This document shows positions 27,724 through 34,881 of a stretch of DNA of 64,000 nt, piece by piece (within the stretch, counting starts at the first letter, position 1; each line of letters begins with the position of its first letter). The translations under genes and the position numbers were made by a program. The notes under the pieces were generated by a model. That model had not been told where the DNA came from. It saw only the letters and a program-made list of their open reading frames with translations, and made no database searches. The stretch covers positions 3,806 to 67,805 of the forward strand of contig DAOUAN010000154.1 in assembly GCA_034433385.1 (NCBI GenBank). Reading direction: 5' to 3'. Source of the stretch: Anaerolineales bacterium (GTDB taxonomy: Bacteria; Chloroflexota; Anaerolineae; Anaerolineales; Villigracilaceae).

Positions 27724-27851
27724 AAATGCTCTGTTGCAAGTATAAGAGAAACCTGGTTTTTGGTGTCATTGCGAGCCGCTGAAGGCGGCGAAGCCATCTC
27801 CAAGATGGCTTTGGGAGATTGCTTAGGGCGCTTCGCTCCCTCGCAAAGACC
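27724..27851 (+). repeat. Palindromic GTCATTGCGAG...CTCGCAAAGAC element, copy X
   Basis: AATGCTCTGTTGCAAG...CCTGGTTTTTGGTGTCATTGCGAGCCGCTGAAGGCGGCGAAGC matches the reverse complement of 37266-37334 closely. It has nested inverted repeats (TTGCGAG/CTCGCAA, CGAAGC/GCTTCG). Confidence 0.7.
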
Positions 27852-27892
27852 CCTTCAGAGGAAACTGTCAAGTAGCCAGAAAGGAAAACAAA

Positions 27893-28837
27893 ATGGAAAC
27901 CAGATTTACGAAGTCTATACCTGAGAAAAAGAAAGTTCAGAGGGCAGATGCACACATTCCGCCAATCGCTCTTTTCTTGTTCATTGCTTTGCTGGCGGGC
28001 ACGGTCAAGGGCATTTTGCTTTTGGAGAGTTTCGGGGCTACAGATTTGCAAATTGCGGTATTTACTTTCCCCATGTTGACCCTCTCCAGTTATGTGTTAT
28101 TTGCCCTGAAGGTTGCCGCTCAATGGGAAAAGGCGGTCGTGTTGCGGCTGGGAAAATTCTATAAGCTCGCTGGCCCCGGCGTGTTCTGGATTGTTCCCAT
28201 TGTAGATACCATTCCGGCCTGGATTGACCATCGCGTGATGGTGACGCCCTTTGCTGCCCAGAAGACACTGACCAAAGACACCGTGCCCGTGGACGTGGAT
28301 GCAGTGCTTTTTTGGGTCGTTTGGGATGCGGAAAAAGCTGCCCTGGAAGTGGAAAACTATCGCGCCGCGGTGGATTGGGCCGCGCAAACCGCGCTGCGTG
28401 ACATCATTGGGCGGATGATGCTGGCGGATATTCTGGTCGGGCGCAGTGCCATTGATCAGGAGTTGCAGCAGGTGATTGATGAGCGTACCACACCTTGGGG
28501 CGTCACTGTGCAGTCCGTCGAAATTCGCGATATCGTCATCCCGCAAGATCTGGAAGATGCTATGTCCCGACAGGCGCAGGCAGAGCGTGAGCGGCAGGCA
28601 CGGGTGATTCTGGGAGAATCTGAAAAACAAATTGCCGCCTCGTTTGCCGAAGCCGCCAAGTCCTATGCCGATAACCCCACCGCACTGCATCTGCGGGCGA
28701 TGAACATGCTCTTCGAGGGCCTTAAGGAAAAAGGTGCGCTGGTGATTGTCCCCAGCTCGGCTGTAGATACAATGAATCTGGGTGGCCTGAGCGGCCTGGT
28801 CTCTTTGGGGCAGCAACACGTGTCCAAAGAAGAGTAA
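27893..28837 (+). CDS. SPFH/band 7 (stomatin-prohibitin-like) membrane protein
   Basis: N-terminal TM segments, then QWEKAVVLRLGKFYKLAGPGVFWIVPIVD...TKDTVPVDVDAVLFWVV and a coiled-coil AQAERERQARVI. Confidence 0.85.
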   Translation: METRFTKSIPEKKKVQRADAHIPPIALFLFIALLAGTVKGILLLESFGATDLQIAVFTFPMLTLSSYVLFALKVAAQWEKAVVLRLGKFYKLAGPGVFWIVPIVDTIPAWIDHRVMVTPFAAQKTLTKDTVPVDVDAVLFWVVWDAEKAALEVENYRAAVDWAAQTALRDIIGRMMLADILVGRSAIDQELQQVIDERTTPWGVTVQSVEIRDIVIPQDLEDAMSRQAQAERERQARVILGESEKQIAASFAEAAKSYADNPTALHLRAMNMLFEGLKEKGALVIVPSSAVDTMNLGGLSGLVSLGQQHVSKEE

Positions 28838-28851
28838 GTTTCACGTGAAAC
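28838..28851. promoter_or_regulatory. 14-bp perfect palindrome GTTTCACGTGAAAC (site 1)
   Basis: It starts directly after the TAA stop of the SPFH gene. An identical 14-mer recurs at 29756-29769. Confidence 0.5.
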
Positions 28852-28879
28852 ATTAGAGTTAATCTGCATAAAGCGCATG

Positions 28880-28937
28880 AGCATCGAAGTACGCGAACGG
28901 ACCGAAATTTTTTTGAGAACTTCGTGCAATTCGGATG
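28880..28937. repeat. Degenerate extra copy of the inner hairpin module of the 114-bp repeat
   Basis: GCATCGAAGTACGCGAACGGACCGAAATTTTTTTGAGAACTTCGTGCAATTCGGATGC parallels GCATCGAATGACACGAATATGGCAAATTTTCTTCGGGAAATTCGATGC at 28992-29039. Confidence 0.5.
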
Positions 28938-28962
28938 CAAAGAAAACCTGCACGTTTTTGAT

Positions 28963-29076
28963 AATCGTCATGATTTGCAATAGCCAGCTCTGCATCGAAT
29001 GACACGAATATGGCAAATTTTCTTCGGGAAATTCGATGCAAAAGAGAGCTGAGCCTTATTGCAAATAAAGTCTAAT
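28963..29076 (-). repeat. 114-bp long-hairpin repeat, copy 2 (upstream region of the SdpI-like gene)
   Basis: Inverted copy of 27092-27205. It ends about 28 nt before ATG 29104. Confidence 0.75.
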
Positions 29077-29103
29077 TTCTATGCTTTCAAAAAGGAGAAT
29101 GCT

Positions 29104-29754
29104 ATGTCCACTCGTACAACCCTTCTGATTTCTCTCCTACTGATTTTGGCCGTTACCGTGGCTGGCCTGCTGTTTTGGGATCGCTTGCCAGAGCAGGTGG
29201 CCTCTCACTGGAATGAGCAGGATCAGGTGGATGGCTACATGTCCCGCTTCTGGGGCGTTTGGCTCATGCCGTTGATGTCTCTGGGGCTGCTGGGGTTGTT
29301 CCTGCTCATCCCTGCCATTGACCCGCTCAAGGCGAATATTGCCCAATTTCGGAGTATCTTCAATCTGTTCATCTTGCTCATCATTGCCTTCCTGGTGTAT
29401 ATGCAAGGGCTGAGCCTGGCCTGGAATCTGGGCTACCAGAATTTTAGAATGAGCGCGGCAATGCTGCCGTTCTTGGGCGTGCTGTTTATCTTCATCGGCT
29501 ATTTGTTGCGCCATGCCAAACGTAACTGGTTCATTGGCATTCGCACGCCGTGGACTCTTTCCAGCGATCGGGTGTGGGATGAGACCCATCGGCTTGGCTC
29601 GATCCTGTTCATGGCGAGCGGCGTGCTGGCGCTTATCGGCTCGTTCTTCGGCGGCATGATCGCCTTCTGGCTGATCTTTGTTCCGCTGCTCGGATCGGCT
29701 TTCTTCTTGATCGTCTATTCGTATTTCCTCTATCAGCGTGAGACAAAGGGCTGA
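29104..29754 (+). CDS. SdpI/YhfL-family membrane protein (DUF1648 plus SdpI-like)
   Basis: N-terminal TM then LPEQVASHWNEQDQVDGYMSRFWG (DUF1648-like), and a C-terminal RNWFIGIRTPWTLSSDRVWDETHR (SdpI-like). AGGAG lies upstream of ATG 29104. Confidence 0.65.
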   Translation: MSTRTTLLISLLLILAVTVAGLLFWDRLPEQVASHWNEQDQVDGYMSRFWGVWLMPLMSLGLLGLFLLIPAIDPLKANIAQFRSIFNLFILLIIAFLVYMQGLSLAWNLGYQNFRMSAAMLPFLGVLFIFIGYLLRHAKRNWFIGIRTPWTLSSDRVWDETHRLGSILFMASGVLALIGSFFGGMIAFWLIFVPLLGSAFFLIVYSYFLYQRETKG

Positions 29755-29755
29755 T

Positions 29756-29769
29756 GTTTCACGTGAAAC
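29756..29769. promoter_or_regulatory. 14-bp perfect palindrome GTTTCACGTGAAAC (site 2)
   Basis: It lies 1 nt after the TGA stop of the SdpI-like gene and about 65-75 nt upstream of the DUF4177-like gene. Confidence 0.5.
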
Positions 29770-29835
29770 AGAAGAAAAAACTGACCGTATATTGGCCGCT
29801 GTTAAAAATAACGTTCTCTTTTTCGCCACTTTTGG

Positions 29836-30066
29836 ATGTTGACCATGACAAATGAATTGCCTCAATGGGAATACCGCGTTCAGACTTTTGGCAGCTTCTT
29901 CCGCAGCGCAAGCGCCGAAGAGCTGGAAGAGATTCTCAATGAATGGGGCGAAGAAGGGTGGGAGGTGGTCGCTGTCCATGTCATCGAGAATACCAGCAAG
30001 GTGAATGTCATCGCGAAGCGACCGCTGACCGATCGCGTGCGTCGCCTGCGCTCAATGCCCGCCTGA
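29836..30066 (+). CDS. Small DUF4177-like protein
   Basis: WEYRVQTF....EELEEILNEWGEEGWEVVAV pattern. The start may be ATG 29845. Confidence 0.5.
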   Translation: MLTMTNELPQWEYRVQTFGSFFRSASAEELEEILNEWGEEGWEVVAVHVIENTSKVNVIAKRPLTDRVRRLRSMPA

Positions 30067-30067
30067 G

Positions 30068-30111
30068 AGGTTTGTGCGGCGGTTACCCAAACGCCGCACA
30101 AACCTGTTTTT
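30068..30111 (+). terminator. Rho-independent terminator
   Basis: A 14-bp stem, AGGTTTGTGCGGCG / CGCCGCACAAACCT, followed by GTTTTT. Confidence 0.8.
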
Positions 30112-30149
30112 CGTAAACAATTCGACCCTGCTTTGCAACTGGAGCAAAA

Positions 30150-31064
30150 ATGATCAACCGAAAATCTCTAACCTGGTTCGTGCTCATCACCTTTGCCATT
30201 TCCTGGCCGTTGTTTCTTATCCCTCTTGCATTGAGGCGCAGTGATGTTTTTGTGCGCCAATTGGCCACGCAGGGATTATGGGCGTTGGCCATGTGGGGGC
30301 CAGGCCTGGCGGCCATTTTGACGACCTGGCTGATCCAGAAAAAGCCTCTCCGCACGTTGCGCCTGAACACGCTTGGCCCCAAACATTTCTACCTTTGGGC
30401 ATGGTTGCTGCCTTTGGCGTTGACCCTGGCAGGTGGCAGGTTTACGCTGCTCTTCGGCCTGGCCCGCTTTGACGCGCGCTTTACTGCCATTCATCAATCC
30501 CTGGCTCAGGCGCCTGGCCTGGGAAATGTTTCGCCGGCCACGGTGGTTGCGGTGCAAATTTTGGTTGCAATTACCCTGGCGCCACTGCTTAACGTGATTT
30601 TTGCCCTCGGCGAGGAATTGGGCTGGCGTGGCTTTTTATTGCGCGAATTGTTGCCGCTAGGACAATGGAAAGCCATTCTCATCAGCGGCGTGATCTGGGG
30701 CATCTGGCATGCTCCGGCGGTGATGCAGGGATTGAATTACCCCGGCTATCCCGTGCTCGGCGTTTTTATGATGATCATCTTCTGTGTTTTGCTGGGAGCC
30801 ATTTTCTCCTGGTTGTATCTTAATACCGCCAGCCCCTGGGCCCCGGCGCTGGCGCATGGAGCGGTCAATGCTGTGGCCGGCTTGCCCGTGTTGTTCTTTC
30901 AGCCTGGATTCAACGTTGCTTTTGGCGGAACGCTGGCAACGCCGCCGGCCTGGCTGGCGATGGCTTTGTTTCTCGCCTGGCTGGTGTTCACGCGGCGCCT
31001 GCCAGTTGACCTGTCAGCGGTGGGGTGGCCCGGGGTGGAGGATCCCGCTCAAAGTCCCGCGTGA
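30150..31064 (+). CDS. CPBP (CAAX protease / Abi) family intramembrane metalloprotease
   Basis: EELGWRGFL (EExxxR), WGIWH (FxxxH-like) and HGAVN motifs in a polytopic protein. Confidence 0.8.
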   Translation: MINRKSLTWFVLITFAISWPLFLIPLALRRSDVFVRQLATQGLWALAMWGPGLAAILTTWLIQKKPLRTLRLNTLGPKHFYLWAWLLPLALTLAGGRFTLLFGLARFDARFTAIHQSLAQAPGLGNVSPATVVAVQILVAITLAPLLNVIFALGEELGWRGFLLRELLPLGQWKAILISGVIWGIWHAPAVMQGLNYPGYPVLGVFMMIIFCVLLGAIFSWLYLNTASPWAPALAHGAVNAVAGLPVLFFQPGFNVAFGGTLATPPAWLAMALFLAWLVFTRRLPVDLSAVGWPGVEDPAQSPA

Positions 31065-31112
31065 ATCGCCCCCCCTAAAAAAACAGAACAAATGTTCTAG
31101 ATAATGGGCAAG

Positions 31113-31143
31113 AAAAAATCCGGGCGCGCGACCCGGATTTTTT
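31113..31143. terminator. Bidirectional rho-independent terminator between the CPBP gene and dnaN
   Basis: AAAAAA-TCCGGG-cgcgcga-CCCGGA-TTTTTT. Confidence 0.75.
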
Positions 31144-31151
31144 GTCTCTTT

Positions 31152-32285
31152 TTAGCCCAGGTGCATGGGCATGATGACTTGCAAATAGCTGTCGTCGCCC
31201 ACCGGTCGAATCACGCCGGGGGCATTCGGCCCCGAAGTCTCTAGCGCCACGTTCGGCGTCTTGATCGCTTCTAGCGCCTCGCGCAAGAACTTGACGTTGA
31301 AGGCAATCAACAGGCCGCTGCCATCTACTGTGGCCTCGACGATGGTCTCGTTTTTGCCGGTCTCTTCCGATGTGGCCGAGATTTCCACTTCGCTGGGTTG
31401 CATTTCACTGACCGCCGATTTGATGTCCAGCCGCACGACGTTGGCTCCCTCGCGGGCGAAGATTTCGGCCTGTTTGCAGGCTTTGAGCATGGCTGTTGTC
31501 GAGACCAGGGTGCGCGACTTATAGGAACGCGGGATGATTTGCTGGTAATCGGGGAAGGTGCCGTCAATCAGTTGTGAGACCACTTCTACGTCTTTGACGC
31601 GGAAGATCACCTGACCGCGCCCTTTCGGGACGATCATGTATACCAGCTCGTTGCCGTCACTGATGATGCGGCTCAGCTCGCTCAGCGCTCGGGCCGGGAC
31701 GATGACGCTGACCGGTTGCGGTGCAGGCGTGGATAGGGTGGCCTTGCGCACCGCCAGGCGGAAGCCATCGGCCGCAGCCATAGTGATTTGATCTTTTTCC
31801 ACGGTGACCAGTACACCCATCAAGACGGGGCGGGCCTCATCCGTAGAGGCAGCAAAGGCCACCTGCTGAATCATTTCTTTGAAATCAGCCACATTCAGTT
31901 GAATGGCGCCGTCCATCTCAGGCACGGGCAAGGGCGGAAATTCCTGGGCATCAATGCACTTGATGTCGTTGTTCGAGGTGCCACAGCGCACATTGAGCGT
32001 TTGCGAAGCCACATCCAGAGTCAGGGTAACTTGCTCGCCTGGCAGGGTGTTGACCAGGTCAGAGAACGTGCGAGCCGGCACCGTCGTCGAGCCTTCTTCT
32101 TCGATACGCGCCGGCACCCAGCAGGTGATTCCCAGTTCCAGGTTGGTGGCTGAAAGTCGCAGCCGCCCCTCGTCGCTGGCGATCAACACATTGGCCAGGA
32201 CTGGCAGGGTGCTGCGTGGAGAAACTGCGCGCGAGACAATACTCAGGCCGCGAGCGAGATTTTCCTGAAGGACAATGACTTTCAT
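31152..32285 (-). CDS. dnaN: DNA polymerase III beta subunit (sliding clamp)
   Basis: MKVIVLQENLARGLSIVSRAV...LPVLANVLI..., 377 aa, with the typical three-domain clamp length. Confidence 0.93.
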   Translation of the reverse strand: MKVIVLQENLARGLSIVSRAVSPRSTLPVLANVLIASDEGRLRLSATNLELGITCWVPARIEEEGSTTVPARTFSDLVNTLPGEQVTLTLDVASQTLNVRCGTSNNDIKCIDAQEFPPLPVPEMDGAIQLNVADFKEMIQQVAFAASTDEARPVLMGVLVTVEKDQITMAAADGFRLAVRKATLSTPAPQPVSVIVPARALSELSRIISDGNELVYMIVPKGRGQVIFRVKDVEVVSQLIDGTFPDYQQIIPRSYKSRTLVSTTAMLKACKQAEIFAREGANVVRLDIKSAVSEMQPSEVEISATSEETGKNETIVEATVDGSGLLIAFNVKFLREALEAIKTPNVALETSGPNAPGVIRPVGDDSYLQVIMPMHLG

Positions 32286-32336
32286 CGGCGTTTCCTCTCC
32301 TGAATCAAGGCTGACAAAAGTATATCAGAGGGCGGT

Positions 32337-34250
32337 TTAATTCACCAGTGCTGAGATTGCCAGCGAACTCAACAAAAAGAAAATTTCCAGGGCAAAGATG
32401 GCGGCGAATACATAAACGATGATCTGCCAGACGGGGGTGTGTTTGGCAGAAAGCGGGCGGACCTCCTGCCCCTCGGCCAGGGCGCGGGCAATTTGGACGA
32501 TCTGCCCCGAATCGCTGCCCCAAAACACGCCCGCCGCTTCATCCGGGACGATGAGCCGGATCCCGTTAAATTGGCGTAACCACTGCTCCAGGGCCGCCGG
32601 GGGGTGGATAGCCAGCGAGCCGGGCAGGATCACGGCTTTTGCCTGTAAAGTTTTCTCGATCTCGCCCTCTGCTTTGAGCACCGTAAGCGGAATTTGGGGT
32701 GCCAGCCGCTCAAATGCTGCCCGCATCATTGCCCCAAATTTGCCATCGGGATCGAGGATCAACACCGGGAACTGTCCCTGTTTTTGCGCCAGCACGTTGG
32801 CCCGGCTGGCCTGGTCCTGCCGCAGAGCCGAAAGATGATAAACCAGCACCAGCACAAACAGACCCAAATTTTGCAGCGGGTTCAGCACATTTTGCCAAAA
32901 GTCGCTCCCGGCTTCGCCGCTCAGCAAAGCGACCAGGATGCGGTAGAACATGACCACCGCGGCCGCCATCCCGCCAATGACCGCGGCAAACAGCGCCAGA
33001 TACAGGTACACCTTCCGTAATAGGGAACGGCGGGCATGATCTCCGAGAGCATTTTCCTGGCTGGCTTCGGCCTGCATCGGGCGCCAGGTCAGCAACCAGA
33101 GGGGCAGGCCGATGAGCAGGGTGGCAAGCGCCCCGGCCAGCCTGCCTCGCCAGAAGCCGGTGCTGAAGAGGGTAGGTAACGTCGTTGCCAGGTCAATGAG
33201 GAACGAAAAAAGCAGACTCAGACCAATAAAAGTCACCGTCAGGCCGGCGGCGGAGAGAATGTAGAAGTACAGGCGCTTCAGGCCGGCTTGACGGGGCGCC
33301 TGGGTTTCAACTTGAATCTGTTTTTCCAGCCAGTTTCGGTAATATGCCCATACCACTCCCAGGGGAATGCCCACGGAAAGCGGCCCGCCGATGCGGTTAA
33401 GCAACTCTTTGCCACTTAGCGGCTCTCCCAGCAACCGCCAGAGCAAGGTATAGAGAACATTCCCGCCGGCGGCCAGGGCGACGGTGATCCCGCTCAAGGT
33501 CAGCAGGTACAGAATTCCCAGGCGTAGCAGCGAAGTCCTTTCTGCCATTTCAGCCAGGGCGTTCTGGCAGGTTTGCCACATGGAGGCCCAAACAGGCAGA
33601 CCGATCACCAGCAAAGCCAACCCGTTGACCACCATTTCGCGGCCCAGGCTGCCAAAAGTTTCGGTGGGTGTGTAGAGCACAAAGCGCAGAATCTGCTGGA
33701 TGCCGAAAATGGTCATCAGCAAACCGTACAAAACCCAGATGTAGCGATACAGGCGCCGCACATCTCGCAGGCTTTCGCTCTCAGGCAAATCTTGCCATTC
33801 CCCGCGCAAAATGTTCCAGAAATAAAAAGCAACCAACCCATTCAGCAGGATGGCAATCAAATTATCCGACCAGGTTTGGGCGCTGCCCAAAATGGCGCTT
33901 TCGCGGGCCAGGTGAGTCACACCGAGAAAAAGACGGTTGATCAGCGCCAGCAAATTTTGGACGAGTGGAATCAGGGTTGCCAGCAAGGTCCCATATAAGA
34001 AAACAGGGCGCAGGAGACTGTTTTTTTCGTCCTCCTCGCGCCCGGCCATTCGCTGCAACCACAGCCAATGAAAGAGAAAAATTGGCATCCCCACCAGGAT
34101 CAGGGCCAGCGCCTGAGCCAGGGTTTGCGCCGGGGTGGTGGACAGGGCGGGGTTGAACATTGAGCGCAACAACCCGATCAACCCCCACAACACCACCTCC
34201 AGGCTGATAAAAGTGACGGCAAAAAAATAGAGCCGACGAACGATTTTCAT
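32337..34250 (-). CDS. Large polytopic membrane protein with repeated (R/K)(R/K)(L/V)Y.(F/Y) modules and a C-terminal soluble domain
   Basis: Repeats: RRLYFFAVTFISLEVV, RRLYRYIWVLYGLLMT, KRLYFYILSAAGLTVT, RKVYLYLALFAAVIGG. The start is set at MKIVRRLYFF (ATG 34250), preceded by AGGAG. Confidence 0.55.
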   Translation of the reverse strand: MKIVRRLYFFAVTFISLEVVLWGLIGLLRSMFNPALSTTPAQTLAQALALILVGMPIFLFHWLWLQRMAGREEDEKNSLLRPVFLYGTLLATLIPLVQNLLALINRLFLGVTHLARESAILGSAQTWSDNLIAILLNGLVAFYFWNILRGEWQDLPESESLRDVRRLYRYIWVLYGLLMTIFGIQQILRFVLYTPTETFGSLGREMVVNGLALLVIGLPVWASMWQTCQNALAEMAERTSLLRLGILYLLTLSGITVALAAGGNVLYTLLWRLLGEPLSGKELLNRIGGPLSVGIPLGVVWAYYRNWLEKQIQVETQAPRQAGLKRLYFYILSAAGLTVTFIGLSLLFSFLIDLATTLPTLFSTGFWRGRLAGALATLLIGLPLWLLTWRPMQAEASQENALGDHARRSLLRKVYLYLALFAAVIGGMAAAVVMFYRILVALLSGEAGSDFWQNVLNPLQNLGLFVLVLVYHLSALRQDQASRANVLAQKQGQFPVLILDPDGKFGAMMRAAFERLAPQIPLTVLKAEGEIEKTLQAKAVILPGSLAIHPPAALEQWLRQFNGIRLIVPDEAAGVFWGSDSGQIVQIARALAEGQEVRPLSAKHTPVWQIIVYVFAAIFALEIFFLLSSLAISALVN

Positions 34251-34282
34251 AGCATCTCCTTGGTGAATGGGTGAGGAACAGG

Positions 34283-34762
34283 TTACGGCATGGGGGTAAG
34301 CAGGGCCTGATACCAGGAATAATCCCAATAAGGATAGGGCATGGTAGACAATTTCCATTCCCCTTTCTGCCGTACCAACAACGCCCGATCTGGGTTACGG
34401 TAGCCGCTTGAGAATGGATCGGAGGGGGCATAGATGATGCTCATGTTTACCACAGCATCGTCGCCGCTGATTTCGGCTTTATCAATCACAATGCCGGCGT
34501 TGTTCGGGTTGACCACGCCCGTCAAAAAGGATTTGCGAAACTGCTCGAACGTCGGTTTGTTTGGTAAGTCGGCCAGGTAGTCATACGCCTTTTGATAATC
34601 TTGCTGGATCACGGCCAGGACATAATTGTGCACCACATCTTCCGGCGAATTTCCAGACGAATATTCCTGTTTTCCCTGGCGCACAAAAAATAACGCCAGT
34701 GCAGCGAGAATCAATACTCCAACGCCGATCAGAATGCCGGTGAGAAAACGATCTTGTTTCAT
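34283..34762 (-). CDS. Membrane-anchored hypothetical protein
   Basis: MKQDRFLTGILIGVGVLILAALALFFV anchor followed by a soluble domain of about 130 aa. The start is set at ATG 34762. Confidence 0.45.
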   Translation of the reverse strand: MKQDRFLTGILIGVGVLILAALALFFVRQGKQEYSSGNSPEDVVHNYVLAVIQQDYQKAYDYLADLPNKPTFEQFRKSFLTGVVNPNNAGIVIDKAEISGDDAVVNMSIIYAPSDPFSSGYRNPDRALLVRQKGEWKLSTMPYPYWDYSWYQALLTPMP

Positions 34763-34881
34763 AAAAGCACCTCCGGGGATATTGACATTGTATAGGGATT
34801 GAACATAAAAATCAAGCAAAGCAGGTCAGAATTTGGTCTGTTACGGTATACTTGCTTTATCTACCTTTCAGGAGAACACCT

